Shown here: piece by piece, positions 22,475 through 30,842 of the stretch | Layout of the letters: every line of letters starts with the position of its first letter | How positions within the stretch are numbered: position 1 is the first letter of the stretch | Assembly: GCA_043826355.1 (NCBI GenBank) | Contig: JBDRQI010000020.1 | Coordinates: 1 to 31,702, forward strand | DNA: 31,702 nt | Source: Candidatus Omnitrophota bacterium | Lineage (GTDB): Bacteria > Ratteibacteria > UBA8468 > MWAK01 | Direction: 5' to 3' | Position numbers and translations under genes: made by a program | Notes under the pieces: model-generated | What the model saw: the letters and a program-made list of their open reading frames with translations, nothing else | The model's database searches: none | Told to the model about the DNA's origin: nothing

Positions 22475-23812
22475 TTAATTCGGCATTGCCACTATTCCGG
22501 CGGCCTCCGGTTTTTGCTTTATCTCCTCTTCAAAGGCCGAACGCCTTATTTTGTTGACATAATCCTTCGCCTGGAAAGAATAGGCAAATTTGGTATGGAG
22601 GTCGTAGCGGCCCTCCAGTATGGCAACCGCATCCTCCACGAAGACCATCTCTTCATCGGTCGGGATGATGAAAATCTTGACACCGGAATCCGGGGCGGAG
22701 ATGTCAAATTCCGCATTGCGGCTACGGGCCAGGTTGTTCTTGTCCGGGTCAAATTTGATGGAGAGCCCAGCCAAATCCTCCAGGACCAGCCGCCGGATAT
22801 CAGCCGCAAGTTCTCCAACGCCGGCCGTAAAGATGAGGGCGTCCACCCGGCCCAGCGCCGCACAATAGGCGCCGATGTATTTCTTGAGCCGGTAGGCCTC
22901 AACCGCTAACGCTAATTTACAGCGGCTGTCCCCTTCGGCCGCCGCTTTCAGGACATCGCGGCGGTCGGTGAACTTTCCGGTGATTCCCAGAATACCGCTC
23001 TTCTTGTTCAAGATACTATCCATCTCCTTGCCGGACAGGTTCTCCTTTTCCATCATAAAAAAGTCGATGGCAACATCATGGTCGCCAGCCCGCGTGCCCA
23101 TCACCAGACCTTCCAGCGGGGTAAAACCCATGCTGGTATCCACGGAAAGACCGTTCCGGACCGCATTGACGCTCACGCCGTTGCCGATGTGGCAGGAGAT
23201 AAGATTGATTTCAAATGGGTCCTTGCCCAGGAGAACCGCAGCCCGCTTGGCCACGTAAAGCAGGCTGGTGCCGTGGAACCCGTAGCGCCTGACCCCGTAC
23301 TTCTGGTACCACTCGTAGGGCAGGGCATAGACATAGGCGTGTTCCGGTATCGTCTGGTGCCAGGCGGTGTCAAAAACCGCAATATGGGGAACCGACGGGA
23401 GCACTTCCAGCGCTCCTTCAATACCGGCGATATTGGGCGGGTTATGGAGCGGCGCCAGAAAGGACGTCGCTTTGATTACCTTTAAAACTTCATCATCAAT
23501 CCTGGTGGAACAGGTAAACCGCTCGCCGCCGTGCACTACCCGATGTCCCACCGCAGTAATTTCACCCAGGTCTTTAATCACGCCGAAGTCCGGGTGCTGC
23601 AACACTTCCATAATCAAAGTAATGGCGGTGCGGTGGTCACCGCATTCCCGCTTGATGGTAATCGGCTTCAGGTTGGTAATCTCGTGGGTGATGTAACTCC
23701 CGGTAATCGTCACCCGTTCCACCATACCCTTGGCCACCGGACGTTTCCGCTTCCAGTCGTAAAGAAGATATTTGACCGAGGAACTTCCGCAGTTTAAAGT
23801 AAGTATCAGCAT
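22475..23812 (-). CDS. ackA: Acetate kinase (C-terminally extended)
   Basis: LNCGSSSVKY, GHRVVHGG, LAPLHNP, RRYGFHGTS, SMGFTPLEGLVMGTR, FTAGVGE and IPTDEE. Start placed at MLILTLN (23812) because the ATG at 23827 lies inside a repeat. Confidence 0.96.
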   Translation of the reverse strand: MLILTLNCGSSSVKYLLYDWKRKRPVAKGMVERVTITGSYITHEITNLKPITIKRECGDHRTAITLIMEVLQHPDFGVIKDLGEITAVGHRVVHGGERFTCSTRIDDEVLKVIKATSFLAPLHNPPNIAGIEGALEVLPSVPHIAVFDTAWHQTIPEHAYVYALPYEWYQKYGVRRYGFHGTSLLYVAKRAAVLLGKDPFEINLISCHIGNGVSVNAVRNGLSVDTSMGFTPLEGLVMGTRAGDHDVAIDFFMMEKENLSGKEMDSILNKKSGILGITGKFTDRRDVLKAAAEGDSRCKLALAVEAYRLKKYIGAYCAALGRVDALIFTAGVGELAADIRRLVLEDLAGLSIKFDPDKNNLARSRNAEFDISAPDSGVKIFIIPTDEEMVFVEDAVAILEGRYDLHTKFAYSFQAKDYVNKIRRSAFEEEIKQKPEAAGIVAMPN

Positions 23813-23822
23813 TTTTTGTGTT

Positions 23823-23894
23823 GTCATCCTGAGCCGGAGTTGCGAAGGATCTCGTATTTAAAAGATTGGATTCTTCGCTATCGCTCAGAATGAC
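23823..23894. repeat. GTCATYCTGAG-family inverted doublet
   Basis: GTCATCCTGAGCCGGAGTTGCGAAGGATCT ... GGATTCTTCGCTATCGCTCAGAATGAC; relatives at 25273, 26657, 26836 and 26896. Confidence 0.9.
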
Positions 23895-23909
23895 AAATTA
23901 TTCCTTTCC

Positions 23910-24923
23910 TTATCCCCGACGTTTTAACCGCTGTGCCTGCACCGCCACAATCGTGCTTACCGCGACAATATCTTCCACCGAACAGCCCCGGGAAAGGTCG
24001 CTGGCCGCTTTGCTCATGCCTTGAACCAGCGGTCCCCAGGCCTCGGCGTTCGCCAGCCGCTGGGTCAGCTTATAGGAAATATTGCCACTGTTCAGGTCCG
24101 GAAAGATAAGCACGTTCGCCTTGCCGGCCACCGGGCTGGCCGCCATCTTCTTGGCCGCCACTTCCGGCACCATCGCCGCATCCACCTGCAATTCACCCTC
24201 AATCGCCAGGTCCGGCCGTTTCTGATTGGCAATCCGGGCCGCATCCACCACCTTGACGATCAGCGGGTCGTAACCGCTGCCCTTGGTGGAGAAAGAGAGA
24301 AGCGCCACCTTCGGCTCAATCTCAAAAAGGTTCTTAGCCATATCCGCGGAAGCGATCGCAATCTCAGCCAACTGTTCTGCGTCCGGATTAGTTATCAATC
24401 CGCAGTCCGCAAAGATGAAAACGCCTTCGTGTCCGTAACTGGAGTTTGGAACCGACATCACGAAATAGGAAGAGATATAATTTATGCCGGGCTCTTTCGG
24501 GAGTATCTGGAGCAGGGGTTTGAAGGTCCAGGCAGTGGGGTGGCTGGCGCCGGCCACTACGCCGTCCGCTTCCCCGGAATAGAGCAGCATCGTGGCAAAG
24601 TACATCGGGTCCAGAATCAATCTATCCGCTTCTTCCGGGCTGATGCCTTTGTGCCGTCTGACCTTGTAGAGTTCTTTCCCCAGGTGGGTGCCGTTGGAAT
24701 CCGCCGTCGGGTTAAAAAAGGAAATATCCATCAGGTTTATCCCTTCCCCCGCCGCAACTATCCGCACCTTCTCCGGGTCGCCGACCAGGAGCGGTTCCGC
24801 CAGGCCCTCATCCTTTAGAATCCGGCAAGCGGCCAGAATACGCTTATCCTCCGGCTCCGGAAAAAGAACCCGGTTCTTCTCCTTGCGCGCCCGTTCTTTC
24901 AACCCATCTAAAAAAAGCGTCAT
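23910..24923 (-). CDS. pta: Phosphate acetyltransferase (short class I form)
   Basis: FPE..D.R, ADGVVAGA, FADCG, ALLSFSTKGS, GELQVDAA, FPDLNSGNISYK and DLSRGCS. Confidence 0.95.
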   Translation of the reverse strand: MTLFLDGLKERARKEKNRVLFPEPEDKRILAACRILKDEGLAEPLLVGDPEKVRIVAAGEGINLMDISFFNPTADSNGTHLGKELYKVRRHKGISPEEADRLILDPMYFATMLLYSGEADGVVAGASHPTAWTFKPLLQILPKEPGINYISSYFVMSVPNSSYGHEGVFIFADCGLITNPDAEQLAEIAIASADMAKNLFEIEPKVALLSFSTKGSGYDPLIVKVVDAARIANQKRPDLAIEGELQVDAAMVPEVAAKKMAASPVAGKANVLIFPDLNSGNISYKLTQRLANAEAWGPLVQGMSKAASDLSRGCSVEDIVAVSTIVAVQAQRLKRRG

Positions 24924-24931
24924 TTGAAATT

Positions 24932-24960
24932 ATTATAACACACACCAGAACGCTTGACAA
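24932..24960 (-). promoter_or_regulatory. Sigma-70 promoter of pta
   Basis: TTGTCA (24960-24955), 17 bp, TATAAT (24937-24932) with an extended TG; only 8 nt to the ATG. Confidence 0.75.
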
Positions 24961-24983
24961 AACTGCCTGTATTAAGGTATAAA
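24954..24983 (+). promoter_or_regulatory. Distal sigma-70 promoter of the beta-barrel gene
   Basis: TTGACA (24954-24959), 18 bp, TATAAA (24978-24983). Confidence 0.65.
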
Positions 24984-25005
24984 TATAAATAACATTATCG
25001 GAAAT

Positions 25006-25065
25006 GCAGGGGAGGGGCTCCGCCTTCGCCAAGGCTTCGGCGGGCGCAGTGTGTCCCCTCCCGAT
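25006..25065 (+). repeat. REP (GCAGGGGAGGGGCT..CCCCTCCCGAT) interrupted by a 30-nt hairpin
   Basis: The host matches the uninterrupted copy at 16702-16731; insert CCGCCTTCGCCAAGGCTTCGGCGGGCGCAG at 25020-25049. Confidence 0.85.
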
Positions 25066-25071
25066 AAGCGC

Positions 25072-25101
25072 TTGACAAGACAAGAAAGATAGTGTTATAA
25101 T
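25072..25101 (+). promoter_or_regulatory. Proximal sigma-70 promoter of the beta-barrel gene
   Basis: TTGACA (25072-25077), 18 bp, TATAAT (25096-25101) with an extended TG. Confidence 0.85.
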
Positions 25102-25272
25102 TCCAAATGATTAGGAAAACTCTACCCCCGGTTCTTACCGGAAGGAGAGGAAAATAAAGACCGAAAAGGAGGTGATTAAACGTCGTGCGGTCCGCTTGGT
25201 CCGCCCAAAAAGGTAATTCCGCCTTCGCAGGGAGATTTCGGGAAATGAAGAAAAATTTACCCGGAAAAACTT

Positions 25273-25303
25273 GTCATTCTGAGCCGCTTTTGCGAAGAAT
25301 CTC
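25273..25303 (+). repeat. GTCATTCTGAG-family singlet in the 5' leader
   Basis: GTCATTCTGAGCCGCTTTTGCGAAGAATCTC. Confidence 0.8.
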
Positions 25304-25385
25304 GTTTTTCGGTTAAATAGTTAAATAGAAATAAAGGATAAAATCAGCGAAACATAAATATTTTGTTTTTTGGAGGAAACACAAA

Positions 25386-26648
25386 ATGGCAAAAAGAATC
25401 TTAACGCTCTGCCTGGCGCTGGTAATTGGTATCGCCTTTGCGATGCCGGCAACCGCCGCGGTCAAGAGCATAAAGGTTGGCGGAGACCTCGTAATCCGGG
25501 GCATCTACCGCGACAACCTTGATTTCGGCTTTGGCTATTACGATTACGATTCCGAAGACAACGCCGCGGCCTGGCTGATGACCACCACCAGGATTTGGGT
25601 CGGCGCGGAACTAACGGACAATGTCTCCGCGGTAATCCGGCTCATGAACGAAAGAGATTGGGACTCTACTGAGGGAAACCAACACCGTGACGACCTCAAT
25701 CTTGACCTGGCTTACATCAAGATGAAAGATCTCTTGATGCCTGGCCTCACCGCCACCATCGGCCGCCAGGAAATTCTGTTAGGTAAAGGCTTTGTGGTTG
25801 GAAACGTCAACGGCGTTACCGGTAATTTCCAAAGTATCTTTGGCGGAGATTTTACCGCCCGCAAGTCGTTTGACGCTTGGAGATTGGACTACGAAGTCGG
25901 CGCCGCTCCGTTGACTATTACCCTCTTTGACGCTAAGATTCGCGAAAATGTACCAAACAACAGAGACTACGACCTGTGGGGCATTAACGCTGGATATAAC
26001 ACCGAAAACGCGGCAATTGAGGGTTACGTCCTCTTGCTCGACAGACAGACCGGTTCCTTCACCAATCTGATGACCTACGGCGCCCGGGTTGACCACACCG
26101 TCCTTTCAGTCCCAGGCCTCAACTACAACCTTGAAGCCGCGATGCAGAGCGGTGATTTTCAAGGGTCAGACCAGGATGGCTGGGCCGGTAATGCCGATGT
26201 ATCCTACACCTTCCAGAACCCGATGCAGTTCCAGCTCGGCGCTGCCTGGTTCTATGCCAGCGGCGACAAGGGTGACAGCGATGGAAATTGGGTGCCTCTC
26301 TACCCGGACAACCTCGGCGACCGCATCGGCCGGATTACCTATGCATCTATGCTCGGTACGGGATTTACCCCATACCTGGGCACCAACATCTCGGTCCCGA
26401 AGATTTACGCAGGCCTGAAACCGACTGAAAAGGTCGGGCTCTCGCTTGCCTGGTTCCCGATGAGCACCATCGTGGATACCTACGGAGACGATGACCTTGG
26501 CTACGGAGCAAACTTCGGAGCCACCTACCAGTACACCGAAGACGTTACTCTTGGTATCTGCCTTGACTACGCTGCCGCCGGAAAAGCTATTCCTACTGAC
26601 GACGAAGACGCCTGGCAGGCCATCGCTACGGTAGCGTTAAGCTTCTAA
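25386..26648 (+). CDS. Outer-membrane beta-barrel protein (alginate-export-family-like porin)
   Basis: Signal peptide ending ATA-A, alternating beta-strand pattern, LDLAYI..., TIGRQE...G.G..VG, FDA, ASGD and a C-terminal Phe (VALSF); SD GGAGG. Confidence 0.85.
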   Translation: MAKRILTLCLALVIGIAFAMPATAAVKSIKVGGDLVIRGIYRDNLDFGFGYYDYDSEDNAAAWLMTTTRIWVGAELTDNVSAVIRLMNERDWDSTEGNQHRDDLNLDLAYIKMKDLLMPGLTATIGRQEILLGKGFVVGNVNGVTGNFQSIFGGDFTARKSFDAWRLDYEVGAAPLTITLFDAKIRENVPNNRDYDLWGINAGYNTENAAIEGYVLLLDRQTGSFTNLMTYGARVDHTVLSVPGLNYNLEAAMQSGDFQGSDQDGWAGNADVSYTFQNPMQFQLGAAWFYASGDKGDSDGNWVPLYPDNLGDRIGRITYASMLGTGFTPYLGTNISVPKIYAGLKPTEKVGLSLAWFPMSTIVDTYGDDDLGYGANFGATYQYTEDVTLGICLDYAAAGKAIPTDDEDAWQAIATVALSF

Positions 26649-26656
26649 AGTAAGAT

Positions 26657-26723
26657 GTCATTCTGAGGCGTAAGCCGAAGAATCTCAACTACGGGATTCT
26701 TCGCAAACACGGCTCAGGATGAC
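26657..26723. repeat. GTCATTCTGAG-family inverted doublet
   Basis: GTCATTCTGAGGCGTAAGCCGAAGAATCT ... GGATTCTTCGCAAACACGGCTCAGGATGAC. Confidence 0.9.
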
Positions 26724-26737
26724 AAAGCACAGCAGTC

Positions 26738-26781
26738 AGACCCCCGGAACGGAACAATCTGTTCCGGGGGTCTTCTTTTTT
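26738..26781 (+). terminator. Rho-independent terminator of the beta-barrel gene
   Basis: AGACCCCCGGAAC, loop, GTTCCGGGGGTCT, then TCTTTTTT. Confidence 0.85.
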
Positions 26782-26835
26782 GTAACCTTCCTGCCCGGTA
26801 AAACATCTAATCTAAAAGTTGCCAACACCCAATTT

Positions 26836-27054
26836 GTCATTCTGAGCCCTTCGCGTTGCTCAAGGGTAAACTCCGCGAAGAATCTGACGTATTCTGTCAT
26901 CCTGAGGGAACCGAAGGATCTAATCTTTAATAAAAGATAGATCCTTCGCAACCGCAGCTCAGGATGACAGAGTATTAATTACTCAGGATGACATAATAAT
27001 AACAGGCGAGACCTTGTCCGCCGAAGCTTTAACGAAAGCAGGACGCCTGTCCTG
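26836..27054. repeat. Repeat cluster upstream of groES
   Basis: GTCATTCTGAGC[26-nt insert]CGCGAAGAATCT (26836-26885), a doublet at 26896-26968, an extra CTCAGGATGAC at 26982-26992, and ACAGGCGAGAC[insert]GCCTGTCCTGC at 27002-27055. Confidence 0.88.
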
Positions 27055-27074
27055 CGAAAGCCAAAAATCCGCAT

Positions 27075-27104
27075 TTGCGTTTTTTAACCATATTGTTGTA
27101 TAAT
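27075..27104 (+). promoter_or_regulatory. Sigma-70 promoter of groES-groEL
   Basis: TTGCGT (27075-27080), 18 bp, TATAAT (27099-27104). Confidence 0.7.
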
Positions 27105-27150
27105 ATGTATTTCCAAAAACACAACTATTTTTACGAAAGGAGGGAGGGAG

Positions 27151-27438
27151 ATGAAAATTAAACCTTTGGGAGACCGGATCGTGGTCAAACCACTGGAAGC
27201 GCTGGAAAAGAGCAAGGGCGGCATCATCGTTCCGGACACCGCCAAGGAGAAGCCCCAGGAGGGCAAAGTAGTGGCTGTAGGCAAGGGACGGATGACTGAC
27301 GAGGGCAAGGTTATTGCCGCCGAAGTTAAGGTTAACGACAAGGTCCTTTACGGGAAATATTCCGGGACCGAGATAACCGTTGACAGCGAAGAATACGTCG
27401 TTCTGCACGAGAGCGACATCCTGGGTATCGTAGACTAA
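27151..27438 (+). CDS. groES: Co-chaperonin GroES
   Basis: [40 protein letters not shown] and ESDILGIV; strong SD. Confidence 0.98.
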   Translation: MKIKPLGDRIVVKPLEALEKSKGGIIVPDTAKEKPQEGKVVAVGKGRMTDEGKVIAAEVKVNDKVLYGKYSGTEITVDSEEYVVLHESDILGIVD

Positions 27439-27464
27439 TAAAACCTTTAAGGAGGTGACGTAAA

Positions 27465-29111
27465 ATGGCAGGTAAACAGATTTTATATGCAGAAGACGCA
27501 AGAGGCAAGATACTGAGAGGCGTCACGGCGCTGAAAGACGCGGTTGCGCCTACCCTGGGACCAAAAGGACGTTTCGTAATTCTGGAAAAGAAGTACGGCA
27601 GCCCCACCGTCATCAACGACGGAGTGACCATCGCCAAAGAGATTGAACTCACGGACCCGTACGAGAATATGGGCGCCCAGTTAGCCCGGGAAATCGCCAG
27701 CAAGACCAACGACATCGCCGGCGACGGCACCACCAGCAGCGTACTCCTGGCTCACTCCATCGTCAGCGAAGGCCTGAAGTACGTTGCGGCCGGCAGCAAC
27801 CCGGTCCACCTGCGCCATGGCATTGAAAAGGCCGTGAACTCCGTGGTGGCAAAACTGAAGAAGATGAGCCAGCCCATCAAAGGCAAGGAAGAGATTGAGC
27901 AGGTTGCCACCGTAGCCGCGGCCAACGACAAGGAGATCGGCAAGATTATCGCGGATGCGATGGACAAGGTCGGCAAAGACGGGGTCATCACCGTAGAGGA
28001 AGCCAAGGGAACGGAAACAACCCTGAAGGTCGTGGAAGGCATGCAGTTTGACCGCGGCTACCTCTCTCCCTACTTCATCACCGACCCGGAACGGATGGAA
28101 GCGGTCCTGGAAGACCCCTACATCCTGATTCACGACAAGAAGATTGCCGCGATCAAGGACATGCTGCCCCTTCTGGAGAAGGTTGCCCAGGTCGGCAAGC
28201 CGCTGGTAATTATTGCCGAAGAGGTTGAAGGCGAAGCCCTGGCCACCCTGGTTGTCAACAAACTGCGCGGCACCCTGGTTACGGCCGCGGTCAAGGCCCC
28301 TGGCTTCGGAGACCGCCGCAAAGAGATGCTCCAGGATATTGCGGTCCTGACCGGCGGACAGGTAATCGCCGAGGAGTTGGGACTCAAGCTGGAATCCGTT
28401 GACCTGGCAATGCTTGGCAAGGCGAAACGGGTAACAATTGACAAGGAAAATACCACCATCGTGGAAGGCGCCGGCAAGGCATCCGATATTACCGGACGCA
28501 TCAGCACGATTAAGAAGGAAGTTGAAAAGAGCGACAGCGACTACGACAAAGAAAAACTCCAGGAACGCCTGGCAAAACTGGCCGGCGGCGTGGCGGTCAT
28601 CAACGTGGGCGCTCCGACGGAAACCGACATGAAGGAACGGAAAGCGCGCGTGGAAGATGCTCTTTCGGCAACCAGAGCAGCGGTTGAAGAAGGAATCGTC
28701 CCGGGCGGCGGCGTGGCTCTCCTGCGCTGTGGTTCCGAGATAGATAAGGTAAAGTATGACGACGAGGAAGAAGAGCGCGGCGGACGCATCGTAAAACGCG
28801 CCCTGGAAGCGCCTATCCGGCAGATTGCGGAAAACAGCGGAAAAGAAGGCTCGGTAGTCGCCGAGTACGTCCGCAACCAGGAAGGAAACATCGGCTTCAA
28901 CGCTGAAGACAACAAGTACGAAGATTTGGTCAAGGCCGGTATCGTGGACCCGACGAAGGTCGTGCGTTCGGAACTCCAGAACGCAGCCAGCATCTCGGCG
29001 TTGATCCTGACCACCGAAGCGTTGGTCGCGGAGAAACCGGAAGAAAAGAAGGATGCTCCGATGATGCCTCCGGGCGGCGGGATGGGTGGAATGGGCGGCG
29101 GAATGTACTAA
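27465..29111 (+). CDS. groEL: Chaperonin GroEL
   Basis: [54 protein letters not shown] and a GGM tail; SD TAAGGAGGTGA. Confidence 0.99.
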   Translation: MAGKQILYAEDARGKILRGVTALKDAVAPTLGPKGRFVILEKKYGSPTVINDGVTIAKEIELTDPYENMGAQLAREIASKTNDIAGDGTTSSVLLAHSIVSEGLKYVAAGSNPVHLRHGIEKAVNSVVAKLKKMSQPIKGKEEIEQVATVAAANDKEIGKIIADAMDKVGKDGVITVEEAKGTETTLKVVEGMQFDRGYLSPYFITDPERMEAVLEDPYILIHDKKIAAIKDMLPLLEKVAQVGKPLVIIAEEVEGEALATLVVNKLRGTLVTAAVKAPGFGDRRKEMLQDIAVLTGGQVIAEELGLKLESVDLAMLGKAKRVTIDKENTTIVEGAGKASDITGRISTIKKEVEKSDSDYDKEKLQERLAKLAGGVAVINVGAPTETDMKERKARVEDALSATRAAVEEGIVPGGGVALLRCGSEIDKVKYDDEEEERGGRIVKRALEAPIRQIAENSGKEGSVVAEYVRNQEGNIGFNAEDNKYEDLVKAGIVDPTKVVRSELQNAASISALILTTEALVAEKPEEKKDAPMMPPGGGMGGMGGGMY

Positions 29112-29135
29112 AGAAAAAACGTCAAGCAAGATAAT

Positions 29136-29173
29136 AAAAAAGGCGGGGTTTCGGATGAAACCCCGCCTTTTTT
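29136..29173. terminator. Bidirectional Rho-independent terminator between groEL and trpB2
   Basis: AAAAAAGGCGGGGTTTC-GGAT-GAAACCCCGCCTTTTTT. Confidence 0.92.
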
Positions 29174-29191
29174 CGTGTAAGCCTTGTATTT

Positions 29192-29241
29192 GTAGTGACT
29201 CGATTCATCGAGCCCGCGGGTCGGATGAATCCGACCCCTAC
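29192..29241. repeat. GTAG REP doublet overlapping the trpB2 stop codon
   Basis: GTAGTGACTCGATTCATCGAGCCC-GC-GGGTCGGATGAATCCGACCCCTAC. Confidence 0.9.
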
Positions 29242-30572
29242 TTTACCTCACCCATACTCTTCTTCAGCGCTTCCTCGGATAACTCCAACTCAACCATCTT
29301 TCCGTTAAGATAGGCATCGTAAGCGGCCAGGTCAAAATGGCCGTGCCCGGAGAAGTTGACCAGAATCACCTTTTCTTCGGAAGCGCCTTTCGCTTCGTCA
29401 ATTGCCGCCTTTATGGCATGGCTGGTCTCCGGCGCCGGTATAATCCCTTCGGTCCGGGCAAAGAGAAGAGCCGCGTCAAAGACCTCTTTCTGCTGATAAG
29501 CCCGCGGTTCTATCAGCCCTTCTTTCGTCAGAAAAGATACCAGGGGGGCCATGCCGTGGTAGCGCAGACCGCCCGCGTGAACCGGCGGCGGCACAAACTT
29601 ATGGCCCAGGGTAAACATCTTCAAGAGCGGGGTCAGGCCAACGCTGTCGCCGAAATCATAGGTAAATTTTCCCCGGGTTAACGTTGGGCACACCTTCGGC
29701 TCAACCGCCACGAAACGCAGGGGTTTTCCGGCCAGTTTATCCGGCACAAAAGGAAAACAGATGCCGGCGTAGTTACTGCCGCCGCCCACGCAGCCGATAA
29801 TTACATCCGGAAAAATACCGGCCAGTTTCAATTGTTTCTTCGTTTCCAGGCCGACCACGGACTGGTGCAGGCAAACATGGTTTAAAACGCTACCTAAAGA
29901 GTAATTGGTATCCTGGTGCTTGGCCGCGTCTTCCACCGCCTCCGAAATGGCTATGCCCAAACTGCCAGGACTGTCCGGAAACTCGGCCAGAACCTGGCGG
30001 CCGCTGTCGGTGAGGTTCGTCGGGGATGCGTGCACCTCGGCTCCCCAGGTCTCCATCATAATCCGTCGGTACGGCTTCTGCTGAAAACTAACCTTAACCA
30101 TGTAAACGGTGCATTTCATGCCAAAGAACTGGCAGGCAAGCGACAGGGCGCTTCCCCATTGCCCGGCCCCGGTCTCGGTGGAGAGCCGTTTTACCCCTTC
30201 TATTTTGTTGTAGTAGGCCTGGGCGACTGCGGTGTTGGGTTTGTGGCTTCCGGCCGCGCTGACGCTCTCGTTTTTATACCAGATTTGGGCCTTGGTGCCC
30301 AGCGCTTTCTCCAGGCGCCTTGCCCGGCACAGGGGCGAAGGCCTCCAGAGCCGGTAAATATCCAGAATTTCGTCCGGAATATCTATCCAGCGTTCCTGCG
30401 ACATCTCCTGGGCAACCAGACCCTTGGGGAATATCGGGTAAAGATCCTCCGGCTTGATGGGCTGGTTGGTGCCGGGGTGAAGCGGCGGCTCCATCGCCCT
30501 GGGTAAATCCGCCTGGATGTTATACCATTGCTGCGGTATCTCTTTTTCCGAAAGCAAAATTCTCTCTTCCAT
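29238..30572 (-). CDS. trpB2: Tryptophan synthase beta chain type 2 (TrpB-like PLP enzyme)
   Basis: [51 protein letters not shown] and HAGGLRYHG. Start moved to ATG 30572 after GGAGG because the longer ORF start lies in a repeat. Confidence 0.95.
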   Translation of the reverse strand: MEERILLSEKEIPQQWYNIQADLPRAMEPPLHPGTNQPIKPEDLYPIFPKGLVAQEMSQERWIDIPDEILDIYRLWRPSPLCRARRLEKALGTKAQIWYKNESVSAAGSHKPNTAVAQAYYNKIEGVKRLSTETGAGQWGSALSLACQFFGMKCTVYMVKVSFQQKPYRRIMMETWGAEVHASPTNLTDSGRQVLAEFPDSPGSLGIAISEAVEDAAKHQDTNYSLGSVLNHVCLHQSVVGLETKKQLKLAGIFPDVIIGCVGGGSNYAGICFPFVPDKLAGKPLRFVAVEPKVCPTLTRGKFTYDFGDSVGLTPLLKMFTLGHKFVPPPVHAGGLRYHGMAPLVSFLTKEGLIEPRAYQQKEVFDAALLFARTEGIIPAPETSHAIKAAIDEAKGASEEKVILVNFSGHGHFDLAAYDAYLNGKMVELELSEEALKKSMGEVK

Positions 30573-30590
30573 CTTTCCTCCAAAAAATCT

Positions 30591-30742
30591 GTCATTCCCG
30601 CAGAACACAAAAATCTGTCATTCCCGCATGTCTTAAGCGGGAATCCACACCGCAAGCAGACGTCGTCCCTGCAAGTTTTAAACGGGGATTCCCGATTGAA
30701 ATCCCCGTTTACTACACACGAGGACAGGCATTCGGGAATGAC
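30591..30742. repeat. Composite GTCATTCCCG element with a short tandem duplication and a nested insert
   Basis: AAAAATCTGTCATTCCCGCA occurs twice. 30617-30742 is an inverted copy of 22371-22469 plus a 27-nt insert at 30701-30727. Confidence 0.9.
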
Positions 30743-30753
30743 AGAAAATATCT

Positions 30754-30829
30754 TGGCGGGGCCGACGAGATTCGAACTCGCGATCTCCTGATCGACAGTC
30801 AGGAATGTTAACCGCTACACCACGGCCCC
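30754..30829 (-). tRNA. tRNA-Asp (GTC)
   Basis: 76-nt cloverleaf: GGGGCCG/CGGCCCC acceptor stem, CCTGA-CTGTCGA-TCAGG anticodon arm, TTCGAAT T-loop, G73 and an encoded CCA. Confidence 0.97.
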
Positions 30830-30842
30830 GTCTAACATCGTA

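Noticed and set aside
23812..23909. Repeat inserted between the original ackA SD (GGAAAGGA) and its start codon
   Set aside because: Removing the repeat still leaves about 17 nt between the SD and the ATG, too long to support the idea.
24021..24818. Long antisense ORFs over pta and other genes (also 21013-21807, 13522-14064, 29916-30506)
   Set aside because: They overlap well-supported genes on the opposite strand and have no family motifs.
26719..26951. Short ORFs spanning repeat clusters (also 21143-21346, 30528-30791, 24844-25083)
   Set aside because: They are translations of palindromic repeats with no SD or coding signature.
26657..26992. Possible CRISPR array from clustered repeats
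   Set aside because: The units alternate in orientation, are degenerate and irregularly spaced, and there are no cas genes.
27681..29129. 482-aa ORF antisense to groEL
   Set aside because: It mirrors the groEL frame. Long antisense ORFs are a known by-product of codon bias in chaperone genes, and it shows no recognisable motifs.
30573..30608. N-terminal extensions from the ORF track for trpB2 (also rny 3770, ackA 23827, pilin-like 7865)
   Set aside because: These starts lie inside repeats or upstream of the obvious SD; downstream starts fit the families better.
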